Origin: Salpingoeca rosetta
Lineage: Eukaryota; Protista; Choanoflagellata
DNA length: 64,000 nt
Assembly: GCA_033442325.1 (NCBI GenBank)
Contig: JAWQFM010000009.1
Coordinates: 464,471-528,470 of the forward strand
Reading direction: 5' to 3'
The position numbers were made by a program, and so were the translations under genes. Positions 26,866 through 55,002 of the stretch are shown in pieces. Every line of letters begins with the position of its first letter. Position 1 is the first letter of the stretch. The notes under the pieces were generated by a model. The model was given only the letters and a program-made list of their open reading frames with translations, did no database searches and was not told the DNA's origin.

Positions 26866-27279
26866 TTGTTTGTTTGTGTGTGTGTGTGTGTACATGCACA
26901 CACGTGTGCGCGTGCTCCTGTTTGCATGGGGTTGATTGCACGCTGCGTGAGTGCATGGCGTGTGTTATGTGTCGTTTGTTTATGGTGCAAGTGTCATAAG
27001 CGGGACCGACCGTAACGTAAAGGAAAGAGGGGAAGAGAAATTCTATCAACACGCATGTGAACAGGTGAAGGCAATGACTATGAACATGACAAGTTGTGAT
27101 CACAAAATGAAACAACAATCGTAAGTGGCCAGCACACGATGAGCAAAGCAAGTCTGTGTGAAGAAACATGGGTTTACGAGAATGTGAATGTGCTCGTTTG
27201 CGCTTGTGCATGACGCATATTGGGTACAAGTGTGCGTGAACGTGCAAGCATCGGTCGAGTGAAGCGTACAATCGAGTCA

Positions 27280-34280
<7,001 letters not shown>

Positions 34281-34630
34281 CGCCGAATCAAAGCAGTGGG
34301 GGTTGTTATGTTACAAAAATGACGCTCCTCTCACAATTGGTACCTTTGTCCTGGTCTTCTTCCGCTTGTTCTTCTTGTTCTTCTGCTTCGTCGCTGTACG
34401 GCTCTGTTGTCTCTGTGCTTGGCGGCACTGTCGCCAATGTCAGCACACCTCCCTCGCGTACTTCCTACACACGCACACACACACACACACACACACTCCT
34501 GTGTTGTTGTTGGCTGCTGGCTGGCGCTGATGTCTTGTTGCTGCAGCCGCTTGAGCCGCTGGCGGTTGCTTCGCTGCCTTGCCCGAGTTTGTTTGGGTGG
34601 ATTTGGTTTCGTCCAACATAAATTTCACGC

Positions 34631-34677
34631 AAAGGCAAATTTGCTGTTGGGATTTCGTTGCAAGTCAATTTTGACTT
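34631..34677. promoter_or_regulatory. Two palindromic motif copies (AAAGGCAAATTTGCTG; AAGTCAATTTTGACTT) between CAP-Gly gene and myosin II
   Basis: 7-bp perfect inverted repeat at 34662-34677 plus partial copy at 34631. Confidence 0.55.
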
Positions 34678-35748
34678 CAGCCATCGTGCTTTGAATTTCC
34701 CGGCGCTGTAGTAGGGTCATTTTCATTCGGTGGAGCGTGATTTCTTGTCCTCCAGCGATTTCCCAGAGGAAAGTGTGGGGTCTTTACGAGGACAACGACC
34801 CTACCCGACGGTTTTTTTTTGTGTTCGTTGTGGGCCAAAACGGAACATACACAGCTCTGCCTTTGCTTCTGCTTCTTGCTGAGGTGCCACCAACCAACTC
34901 CAACGAACCAAACACCAACCAACCAACGATTGTTGACTCTTGTCGGTCAGTAACGAGAGAGAAGACACGCACTCACGCACAACCAACACGAAGGAAGAGA
35001 GACGCAAGGCTCCCCCCCCGTGTGCTCGCCCCGACAAGTAGCAGGCAGCAAGGTGGGGAGATATTCTTGGCCCTTGCAGTGAATGGGAGTCGTGCTCGTG
35101 ATCGATCTGCGACGCACAAGCGTGCTGCTTCCGACTTGCATTCCTCCTACCTCTTGTTTATTTTTGTTGAGGCTTTGCGTGTTGGGTACGAGTTGGTCTG
35201 AATTTGCTTGCTTGCTGCATGTCACCTTGCTCGCCAACTCGCCCTCGCCTGTTGTGCCTTGGCTGTGAATGCTTGTGCCCGTTCTCCGATTCCTTTCACT
35301 TTTCAATGCACACGCTCAAACGAACGCTCATCGCCGGCACTGTTGTCTGACTTGCCTCGCTTTGCACCGCACACACACACACACACTTACATCGCCACAT
35401 GCATCCCTTTGCACGCAACACACACACACACACATTGAAACACACACGCACGCACGACGCCATTGCATTCATCAGGCGTTGTTGTGAGTAGTAGCACCAA
35501 CGCGACCGGCAGTGCCACTGAACCACAGCAGCCACAGCAGCTACAGAAACAGTGAGTCTCAACAATGAATGCGTGCCCGCATGTGTGTGTGTGCGGGAAT
35601 GCGCTGAGCAAGAATGCAATTGCTGCTGGTGGCGGTGGAGACGGTGCTGTCGCTGCTGTGGTTGCAGGTACATGAACGCACCCGTGTGGCGGCAGTGCAT
35701 GCGTGGTTCTGACATGCCACGCGTAATGCACCTGCTCGCTGCATGCAG

Positions 35749-44326
<8,578 letters not shown>

Positions 44327-45225
44327 ACGCGTTCATTGTTCCCCAGCAGCAGACTTGGCTGCTGCTGCGCTGATTTCCTTACAGTTCAGGGCGTTGTCTG
44401 TTTGGTTGGTTGCTTGGTTGTCTGTTTGTTGATTCGTTTGTTCGACGTGTTGGTGTGATGTGGCGCTGTTTTCTCACGCGTGACGCCAGTGCTGCTTGCT
44501 TCACGTTTCATATCCGCGCATAATCCGTGTCTGCATATGTCCCCTTTTCCCTTCCCAATCGTGCACGTGAACTCTTGCCTGTACTATCGTCTGCTGTCTG
44601 CTGTCTGCTATTGCCTACTTGACGTGGTTGTTGTCCTCGAGTGTTGTTACTCTTCACCCCTTTGCTCTTGCGTGTTTCATTTCATGTTGTGCTTTGCCGT
44701 TTCCATCTGTTGCTCGTTTCGTCGTTGCGTTCTTTTTTTCCCCTCCCCACACCCACACACCCAAGCTGTTGATACAACGCACATGTTGTTTGTGCTTGTT
44801 CAGCAACAAGACAGAAAGTCGTTTGACACCTCCCATCTCCTTGCAATACACAGAGAATCGAATGTCTTGTGCTGCCATCACGAGTGATGCCTGAGTGATG
44901 CCTGTGTTGTCACATCACATCATGTCACTGTCGCTGTGACGTGATTGTTTATAGAGTGGTTCAATAGACAAAAAATGGAGGAGTCAAGGGACACATAAGC
45001 ACGTGCCTGTGTACAAGCTGGGGCCTCCATGTGTATGGACAGACGATCTTAAATGCCAAGCACAGAAAATGGCGGTGGTGGAGAGGGTGTGACGGAGAGT
45101 GCAAATCACTGCTGTGTGTACCAATGCCAAGACAGCGCTCATCCTCACACGCCCCCGCCCCCACCCGTCATCATCACGCACGTGCGTGGTGCGTGTGGGG
45201 TGTGCGTGTGGAGCGGTTCCCCTGC

Positions 45226-46161
45226 TCAGGACTGCGGGGCGAGGAAGCGCCAGAGGACGGTGAAGACCATGCTGTTGATGCCATCCACGCACAGGCGCGT
45301 GCTGATGCCGCGCTTGAACAAGTGCAGAATGCCGTGCTGCCCGACAATCTGGCGAAACGCCTGCGTGTATGTGACAGACTCTGTGTGCGACTGCTTGTAT
45401 GCCTTGAGGACGGAGAGCGGGTTGGCGAGGATGTTGGTGACGACGGCACAGGAGAGGCCGATGAAGGAGTTTTGCAGCACCTGCTGCCAGAAGGCCGGGT
45501 CTGGGATGTCCTGATCGGGGAGTGCACGCGCCTGCCGTGCCGCTGCGGATGCCCCGAGCAGGTCGGTGAGGTAGTTGTAGGTGGTGAACCACAGGGTGTG
45601 CTTGACGGCAACGCCGACAATGGCGTAGGAAGCGCCGTAGTACAGGACGCTGATGCCGTGGTTCTTCACCTTTCGGCGGAGCAAGGAGAGGCCCTCCGCG
45701 CCCTCCACTTGCAGGATGGTTTTGGCCGTGTCGAGCGGGTAATACAGGACGCGGAACGATGCGACGAGGAGGCTGGACAGCGCCGTCTTCATGACGAGTG
45801 GCATGTTCTGCGCGGTGTCGCTGCGGCTGAGCATGTGCAGGGTGGCGTAGTTGGCGGCTGCGCCGACGCCGCGGGACAAGGGCGCCTCCACAATGGCAAA
45901 GGAGAAGCCGCGGTAGAAGCGGCGCACGCCGCCTTCCTTGTACAGCTTCTGGATGGTCTCCACCATGCCGCCGCCGTGGCGGAACTGCCTGTTCATCACC
46001 GTCCGCAGCCAAATCAACAGGACGACGTCTGTGGCCATGGCTTTTGCGCCCGCCATGCCTTCCAAGAAGGCGGAGTGCAAGCCCTTGGCAAACTCGTCGC
46101 TGCTCACATCGTTGCCCGTCGCTGCCGCCGCCAACTGCGCAACAGACGGAAGCGGCTTCAT
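45226..46161 (-). CDS. Mitochondrial carrier family (SLC25) protein, intronless
   Basis: 311-aa ORF: IWLRTVMNRQFRHG…LYKEGGVRRFYRG, YPLDTAKTILQVEG, NPLSVLKAYKQS: three degenerate Px[DE]xx[KR] carrier repeats. Confidence 0.9.
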   Translation of the reverse strand: MKPLPSVAQLAAAATGNDVSSDEFAKGLHSAFLEGMAGAKAMATDVVLLIWLRTVMNRQFRHGGGMVETIQKLYKEGGVRRFYRGFSFAIVEAPLSRGVGAAANYATLHMLSRSDTAQNMPLVMKTALSSLLVASFRVLYYPLDTAKTILQVEGAEGLSLLRRKVKNHGISVLYYGASYAIVGVAVKHTLWFTTYNYLTDLLGASAAARQARALPDQDIPDPAFWQQVLQNSFIGLSCAVVTNILANPLSVLKAYKQSHTESVTYTQAFRQIVGQHGILHLFKRGISTRLCVDGINSMVFTVLWRFLAPQS

Positions 46162-46533
46162 GTGGCGTGGTAGATGTGGTGGTGGTGCTGCTGCTGCTGG
46201 TGGTTGTAAGTTAAGTTTGAAGCTTGTTGATGATATCGGCTCGCTGACTTGCCTGCTTGCTTCACTGATTATTGCTGGCTCGCTTGCTCAGTCAAGTCAG
46301 CTTGCTTGTCGTGGTCGATGGTGGTGGTGATGATGGTGATGCAAGCAAGGTGGCTGATGTGCGTCTTCTTGGTTTGCCTTGAACTTGATTCGTGAGGAAT
46401 GGCGAATGATTTCCATCAACATTCGCCAGTTTTAACGGCGAAGCGCGCGAAGACTTTGACTTTGGTTGGTTGGTGTTGGTGGTGTGTTGTTATTGAGTCA
46501 CAGCGCGTCGCAAGCCACAGCCAGTCACAAAAG

Positions 46534-48589
46534 ATGAGCGGCTCGGAGAGGAGCGTGGGCAGTGCGACTGAGCGCGCCATGGCGCTCATGGCCAAGTTTG
46601 AGGCATTGAAGAACAAGTACATGCACAGGTCACCGCCCAGAACAGCGGCAACAGCAACAACAGCCTCAACAAGATCGACAACGGCAACAACAGCAACAAC
46701 GGCGGCTGCTGCTGCGACAACCTCAGGGCGTGGTCCGTGGTCGAGTGCACGAGGAGCGACAGCACCACAGCAGGCGTTGTCGCAACAAGCAACTAGCAGC
46801 GCGAGGGGAACAAGAACAACTGGCTTTGGAGAACGAAGGACAGTGGCGCAAGAGCTGTTTCCACCATCGTGGTCTTCCTCAGTGCGCAGGCATGACGATG
46901 CGCAGCAGTCACGGCCGCCAATAACGTCCACCTTGCGAGCCTCACAAGCGCAGTTTCCCTGGGAAGCAGCAGCAACAGCGTCCACCGTCAGCGATTCCAG
47001 CCCGAGGAGGGGCGCCACCACCGAAGAAGAAGACCAAGAAGACCAAGAAGAGGAGGAGGACGAAGGCGATGGTGGCACAGAAACCGAGGAACAAGAAGGA
47101 CAGGAAATGCGAGACACCGCACAAAGGCACACAGACTTGCAGCAGCATCACTCGTGGCGAGCGCGAGATGAGTTCAGTCGACCTGAGGAGGACGCAGAAA
47201 CACGGGAATCGAACGAAACATCGGATTCAGACGAGTACATGACAGCAGACGACGACAGTGCGGACTCGGTTGCCACGTACTCCATTGAAACAGATGCGCA
47301 CAGCTTCCACGAGCGGTTCGGCGACACGATGCAGACGCCTCCGCCACGAAGTGTGGACACGAGCCCGCAGCGCCCGCGCCTCACGGCCTCAACGCGAAAG
47401 AGTCCAACACGCGTGCCACGGCGTCCACGCGATAACGAAGAGCACGCGATCAGTGACCAGCAAGGGGACTGGCCTGAAAGCGTGAACGTGACGGTGTGGG
47501 AGAGAGAGTGCGAGCGCAAGCCAGCGTCAACATCACCCTCACGACCACGGGTCGAGAGACAGCTGTGGTCTCAGCAGAACAGCAGCACTGCCGACGACAC
47601 TGGGCTCGGCTCCACGCTACCAACGATGCGGAAGGGCGAGCCATACTTGTTGGCACGCGCACACCATGCATCGCATGCACCACGACGGAAACCGACGCAA
47701 CAACAGCGAGAGCGCGCAGCTACCGTCATCCAAGCAGCATGGTGTGTGTGTCGATGTGTGTGGGAGGGGGGTGTAATGTGTGTGTGTGTGTGTTTCAGAG
47801 TCGGGGGGGTGTGTGTGTGTGTGTGTGTGTGTGTTTGCGTGGGTTCTTGTACGTGCCTTGCTGCCGACAACACCACAATCACGATTTCAACTTCCCACCA
47901 CCACCAGGCGTGGATTTGTGATTCGGGCGACAGATCCGGATGTGGCCGCCGTCCGCCGCGAAATTCGAACGCGCCGCATGGAGGACCACATTGTCTCCCT
48001 CCACAGGCAGCTTGACACGTGTGTGTGTGTGTGTGTGTGTGTACATTGCCCTTGTGCGTGCGTGTGTGTGTGTGTGCGTACATCGCCATGGTCTTTTCAT
48101 GTATTTGATTTGCTTCATTGTTGCTGCTACCCATCGTCGTGCCCTTTCATTCATCTCTGCAGATTGCGTGCGGAGCTCGTGCGTGAACAGGAGTTGCGTG
48201 CCATGCAACAGGAGGCAATGCGGGCAATATGGGACAAGGTGCGTGCACAGTTGTTGCTTCATGCACATGTGTTCCTCGTGCTGTGTTCTGCTCGTCTCAC
48301 ACTCATCATTACCATTGTCGCACGACTCATACCTTCCATCGTGCCTCATGGCAACAGGCGCGTGTGCTGGCTGGGAGCGTGAATCACATGCAGCAGCGCG
48401 AGCAAACACGGGCGGCGATTGTGCTGCAGAAACACATCCGCGCCTGGCTGGCGAGAAAGGTTGGAAGCGATTGGGGGGCTGTGCGTCTGTGTTTGTCTGT
48501 GTCTGTCCGTGTGCACGTGCTTGGTGCTGTTGTGAAATTGAGGTGTGCACATTCACACAGTGTTTGTGCTCATCGTGACATGTGCGTGC

Positions 48590-48659
<70 letters not shown>

Positions 48660-49190
48660 TTGCAGCGTTATTCGCGCGAACTCCACGACCGGCTGAGGAA
48701 CAACATGACGATGATGGCGCGAAGCAGAGTACGTGACATGACGTGACATGCGCGCGTGATTGTTCTGGCGCATATGAACAGCGCATGCTCCTTCCTCACA
48801 GCCCTCACCAGCCGTCAGCGCAAACGCACACACTCACTCACACACACACACACTCACTAACTCACTCACTCGCTCACACACACACACACACACTCTCTCT
48901 CTCACACTCATGCACATGCACACACACACATATTCACACACACAATCACCATCATGGTGCCCTTGGCCCCATTCACACCGTTGCAGGCTGCGATTGTTGG
49001 CGGGGACGACCATGCGCTGCGGGAGGCGGTGCTGCAGCTGCAGGACCAGATGTACGCGCTCAAAACCTCGCTCGACCGCGCCATGATGCGCACTGCATGG
49101 GGGCACGCCAGGAACAGGCAGCATCACGGACAACAGCAGCAGCAGCAACAGCAGCAGCAGTTGAGAGGGCTGTTGAATGAGACGATGTAG
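46534..49190 (+). CDS. IQ-motif/coiled-coil protein resembling the CEP97 C-terminal module
   Basis: Exons approx. 46534-47741, 47908-48018, 48163-48238, 48358-48459, 48987-49190. AATVIQAAW|RGF…PDVAAVRREIRTRRMEDHIVSL…E..LRAMQQEAMRAIWDK resembles the CEP97 IQ region; second IQ AAIVLQKHIRAWLARK. Confidence 0.7.
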
Positions 49191-49791
49191 TAACGTGGGA
49201 CGATGTTGTGGCGCGGGCGCGTGTGTGCTGGTGTGCAGTGGACTGTGCATAGATTGGTACCAGTGAAAAACCACAACGCATCGAGAGCGTATTTTTTTCT
49301 TCTTTGCGTGTGTGGTGGCTGTGGTGGTGTGATAGTTGGTTGCAATTATGCTGCAATGTGGTGTGAATGGCTTTTGAAGTGGCGCTTTTGACCCACTTGC
49401 AACCTTCTTCGTGTTTCCGTTACAACACATTTACATCATGCGTGATGACGTGAGCAACTCCAGCTGTTGGGGAGGGGAAGAGACAACAACAGTGGCACAG
49501 AGCACAGAATCACGCACACTTGGGGATTTGGGGACATGGAGGGGCACATACACAACAAACACCACAGTTCAACACAATCACAACCACAAAACTAAGGACT
49601 TGAGGAGTTTGAAGCGGCAACGGCACAACAATCCAATCGTGCGACCAAGTGTATGCTGATGACAAACGAAGGCCAGCACAACACCACACACAGCACAACA
49701 CCGCACCACACCAACAACGCCAGCAAGGTGGCACGGCAGAGCATCACTAGCGAGCGGGTGTGCGCGTACGCGCGTGTGCATGCGCATGTGC

Positions 49792-51007
49792 TCAGGACAT
49801 TGCGAGCTGGTGTGCTGCGGCGTAGCGGCCGGTGGCGCAGTGGAAGAGTTGGCGCTCAATGTCGGTGAGGAGAGAGCTGGCACCAATGCGGAACAGGTCT
49901 GGCTTTGTCCAGTCGTCACCTGGTGATGGTGGTCATCGTGGTGGTGAAGAGAAATGGAGAAGAGGAATGAGGAGGCGTCATATCAGCAATGTAGTGAGAA
50001 TGAGGAAAACAAAGATGATGACAATGATGCCGACGACGATCAACGAGTGCGACATCACCATGTGCAATCAATAGCACACACGCACCACCAACAACACCAA
50101 CAACAACGACCGTACCGAGCTCCTCCTTCATGATTGCGAGCCAGGACACGGCGTCCTTGGCGCTGCGGATACCGCCGGCGGGCTTGAAGCCAACCTACAA
50201 ACAGGTGGGGGGATGGATACGGGTTGTTTGGTGTGCGTTGATTGTGTGTGTGTGCGTTGATTGTGTGTGTGTGTGTGTGTGCGTTGATTGTGTGTGTGTG
50301 TGTGTGTGTGTGCGTTGATTGTGAGTGAGTGAGTGTGTTGGAGGAGATACGCGCACAAACAAGCAAAGACCCCCCCCCTCCAAGCACCAGTTCAAACATC
50401 ACCACCACCACCACCAGAGGGTGTCACCATGCGATGACCGAGCACAGCGCAGCCAACTGCACCTTGAATCCCGTGCGCTGGTGGTATTCGCGGATTGCGC
50501 GGAGCATGGTGAGGGCAACGGGGAACGTGGCGTTGACGCCCTCCTTGCCCGTTGACGTCTGCAGCAAGCGGCGATGTGATGGTGGTGTGAATGGTGACAC
50601 GATGCAAGCGGCACGTGCACCACAAAGGACAACAACACAAACAGATACACAATGAACAAACGCAACAAACGAACAACACAAACGAACAACACAAACAAGC
50701 AAACATTCACGAAGCACAACCCGTCCAAACCATACAAACGCGTGCGGCGGGCGCACACCTTGATGACATCGGCGCCAGCCATCATGCAGATGACGCTGGC
50801 GCGGTAGACGTTGTCGAGGGACCCGAGCTCGCCCGTCGCGAGAATCGTCTTCAGATGCGCCTCACCGCACGCCTGGCGCACACGCACACGCGCACGCAGT
50901 GGTGGTGATGGTGAGGGTGGTGGTGAGGGTGAAGCAAGTGCGGATGAAGGGCCAGGATAAGACGGGGTGTCAACAATGCAAGCATCACACACACACACAC
51001 AAGACAG

Positions 51008-51043
<36 letters not shown>

Positions 51044-52156
51044 CACATGCACACACACACACACACATACACATACACACACGTGGTATCGTACCTGCCG
51101 CATCGCCTTGACTTCGTCATAGAGCTGCTGCCACTTGGATTGCAGCACATATGGGCGGGTGATGACAATGTCAATCTCTGCAGCAACGTGAGGTTGGGGA
51201 AGGTGAGGGCACAAGGATAAAGCGTAAACGAACAAACAACAAACACACACATACACACACAAACCCACACAGACACAGACAGACACAGACACAGACACAG
51301 ACACACACGGACCGTGAGCGCCGGCAGCGACGGCCTCCTCAATCTCCATGAGCCGGTGCTTCAGCATGGTCTGGCCTGCAGGGAAACCGGCGGCAACAGA
51401 GGCGACGGGAATGTTTGTGCCTTCGAGGTGCTTAACAGCTTCGTTGACGCGGTTCGGGTACACGCACACGGCACCGGTGGTGATCTTCTTGTCGGCAACG
51501 CCAAGCGTCTCGAGAATGTCGCGACGAATCGGGCGCTTCGCCTTGAAACAGAGCCGCTTCACGTTGGCCTCCGTGTCATCACCAGACAGCGTTGTCAGAT
51601 CGATGCATGTCACCGCGCGCAGCAGCCATGCCGCCTGCCATTCCATCTGGTGTGGCGTTTCGTGTGTGTGTGTGTGTGCGTGTGTACGTATGTTGTGTGT
51701 TTCGTGGGTGTGTGTGTGTTTGTGTTGAGTGTGTGTTTGTGTTGAGTGAGTGAGTGTGTGTGAGTGTGTTGAGTGTGTGAGTGAGTGTGTGTGTGAGTGT
51801 TGAGAGAGTGTGTGTGTGTTTAGGCAAGCAAATGTCAGTGCAGCACATCGCATGCACTCACAGCACTGACCACAGTACGCACTGAATCCCTTCCCCCTCC
51901 CCCAATTGTTGGCAACACAGCACACGATAACACACCCAACACATTGCCTCATCCAACATTACACTACAACCACAACACACGCTACAACACTACATCCACA
52001 CCACACGACAACCACAACACCACAAGCAAAACGCACCTTGACGGATCGGCGGACTTTGTGCTGGTCTGCGCGCCGCTTTGTGGCAGCGAGGTTCACGCGT
52101 CCCTCAGTGACCCAGCTCAGGTCAAGGGGAATACCGGGGTTGCGTTCGTGCGGCAT
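49792..52156 (-). CDS. DERA: Deoxyribose-phosphate aldolase, eukaryotic type
   Basis: MPHERNPGIPLDLSW, QAAWLLRAVTCIDLTTLSGDDT, AVCVYP, PVASVAAGFPAGQ, EIDIVI, AHLKTILATGELG, IK|TSTGKE, KPAGGIR, FRIGASSLL.DIERQ. Confidence 0.96.
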
Positions 52157-52295
52157 GGCGGCGGACAGTGTGCACAGAAACAAAAGCGGGGGACGTGAAG
52201 GTGGAGGTGAAGTTGAGGAGCGCAGTGTTGGAAGAAAAAAGGCAGCTGCAAAACACGCCACAAAACAACAGGATAAAGAGTAGGTCTGATTTGTG

Positions 52296-52312
52296 AAGTC
52301 AATTTTGCCTTT
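52296..52312. promoter_or_regulatory. Palindromic motif AAGTCAATTTTGCCTTT in the DERA/F-box divergent promoter
   Basis: Same consensus as at 4304, 34662 and 58027. Confidence 0.5.
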
Positions 52313-52587
52313 CATGGCTGCGGACCTTCCGCCACACATTCGAACCCCCTTTCCGTTACAAACAGGCGTGAGAGAGTTGCCGCACAGCGTTGCATTGCAT
52401 TTTCGCCCTGCCTCCCTGACCACCACCCAACAAGCAAGCGTGTTCCCTTTCTTGATTTGTGTTGACACCACCAATCGAGAGAACCCTGGCTGGCTGGCTG
52501 GCTGGCTGACTTCTTGTCAACAGCGCGTTGTAAAACAGGGCCACACAACCCACAGCAGCAACACACGAAACCCACGAACACCACACC

Positions 52588-54370
52588 ATGACTGGCATGA
52601 ACAACAGCGGGTTTGCCGCCTCCGCAAGAACTGCAATGCCGGCGGCAGCGTCGCCGCGCCAGCAAGAAGGGCCAAGCGTTTCCCGCTTCAATCGGGAGGC
52701 CGAAGCTGACGATCGCTTCGCGGGCTTCAGCGTCGCTTTGTACTTGGACCAAGTTGACACGTTGCTCTCCAACCAAGACGAAGACCAACACGCAGCACCA
52801 CACCTCCAATCGCAACAGCAGCAACAGCAGCAACAACAACAACAACAACAGCAGCAACCACTTTCGATCGTGCGGACAGATTCTGGCGGCCAGCGCGATG
52901 TTTCCCGGTCACGCCCACAATGGCAACAACGCAGCACGCGGTTCCTCCAACCTTGGTGCTCTTCCCCCTCTGAGGATGCTGAAGCTGATCGTGATTATGG
53001 TGATCATGACAGCGGAACCACGGCAAGGCTCAGGCACAGCTCGAGCACTAAGGGCATCCTCGAGATCAGCGCCACACCGACAAAGCCATCCTATCATGAC
53101 GATACCGTTGGTCAAGACTTTGTGCAGTGGTTCCAGCGCCACCGCCTCGAGTTTGAACAGGGGCATCACGACAGCGACTGCCAGAGCACCGCCAGCACAA
53201 CATCATCCACGGCAACCGCATTGACTGTCCACACACGCGGCAGCGACTGCAGCAGCGGCGACGACACTGTTGCTGAACATGATGGTGGTGATGATGATCT
53301 GCACGACTGGGATTTCATTCGTCTCCCTGCGGAGACCATTCTGGACATTCTTCGGCACATAAATGGCTCCGATATTGTTCGGCTCTCCTGCACCTCAAAA
53401 CGGTCAGTGCGGATAACTGTGTGTGTGTGTGTTCTTGTGTGTGTTCTTGTGTGTGTGTTGTGTGTGTTCTTGTGTGTGTGTTGTGTGTGTTCTTGTGTGT
53501 GTGTGTGTGTGTGTGCGTGCGTGTGTGGGTATGCGCGTGTGCGGGTATGTATGTGTGTTCTTGCGTGCGTGTGTGTCTGTGTGTGTGTGTGTTGTTAAGG
53601 GTGTCTGTGTGTGATAGTTGAGAGCCAACACGCTTTGCAACCGTTTCACTCATCCCAAACCCACCTCCTAATCCCACAACTCACACACACATACACACAG
53701 GTGGCGGGCGTTTGTGCTGAAGTACCAGGACGAGATCTTTGAGCGCGCGTGTTTGAAGAAAGGGTGGACGTCGCTCCCGGGCAGCCCGAGCAACGCCAAC
53801 CCGCGTATCCGCCGCCCCGTTGTCCCGCACACGGCCACGGTCGACTGGCTGTGCATCTTCCGTCGCAACACAGAGGTGGAGCAGCGGTGGCGGCGCGGGC
53901 ACTTCAACATCGCCGTCCACTCTGCGCGCACCGCCAACGTGCACCTGCCCAAGTTCACTGCAGAAAGCTGGGGCGACATGCTTGACGCGAACTGCTCATC
54001 ATCGCCGCCATCATCAGCGTCACAAGCGCTGCCGGCACAGCCACCAGCAATGGCCAGAGGTGTGCAGGGTTTGGCGTTGGCAACCCCTGCTGGCGCTGCT
54101 GGCGGTTGTTGTGGTGGTGATGAAGATGATGAAGATGATGAACAATGCGATGACGACAGCAACACGCAAGAGAACCGTGCGCCCAGGCAGCATACATCCA
54201 ACCGCGCAAAACAGACAGCACCGCCATCAACAGCAGCAGCAGCGCGTGCAGTGGGGCAGGTGTCCCGTGTTCCTCTTCGCAGTAGGGAGAACACACGTGG
54301 GGGTGATGGCGGTGGATGGAATATGGCGTGGTGGTCAACAGCAGCAGTGCAGGGCGAGGTGGAATTCTGA
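52588..54370 (+). CDS. F-box protein, FBXO48-like
   Basis: Exons 52588-53402 and 53701-54370. F-box DFIRLPAETILDILRHINGSDIVRLSCTSKR|W, then W..G…FTAESWGDMLD, resembling the FBXO48 C-terminal WGEILE motif; no WD40/LRR. Confidence 0.75.
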
Positions 54371-55002
54371 ATGAAGCTTGGTGACGGTGGTGGTGACATT
54401 GCTGGTGATGGTGAAACCTAACGGCTTGTTGGGCTCTGTGCTTTCTCTCATCGCAGAGCACGTCCTCTGCTTTCCAAACACACACACACACACACACCAC
54501 AGTTGATGCCTTCTCATTGTTTTCATGTTATTAATTCCCTCCTTTGAAAGCGTTACGATTCCTGGTTCGTGGTGCGAGTGGCTCTTAATGTTTGTGCGGT
54601 TACAATGCCGACTGCTGCTTTCGCTTTCTCAAAAAGACGGCCATCGATGTGTTGAGCGTACGCACGCCTGTGCAATGCATCAGAGTGAGGGCCGCGAAAA
54701 ACAAGCCAGCCAAGCAGACGGGCATACAGGCTGCGAACCGAAGCAATCGAGCGAGCAACGAGAGAGGTGGGAAGGGTGAGAACGAGCAATGCGGATAACA
54801 CGTGGAAAACAATAAGAAAATCAAACGAAAGAAAGGCCGCGACAAAACATATGCAAAGAGGTGATGAAGAGGACGGAACAATGCAGGCATGACAGCGATA
54901 CAATTTGATGCCATGTGCGAGAAGTGACTTTCGATGACGGTGCGTGTGTGTGTGTACGTGTGCGTGCGTGTGTGTGTGTGTGTGCACTGTGCACGTGAGT
55001 GC

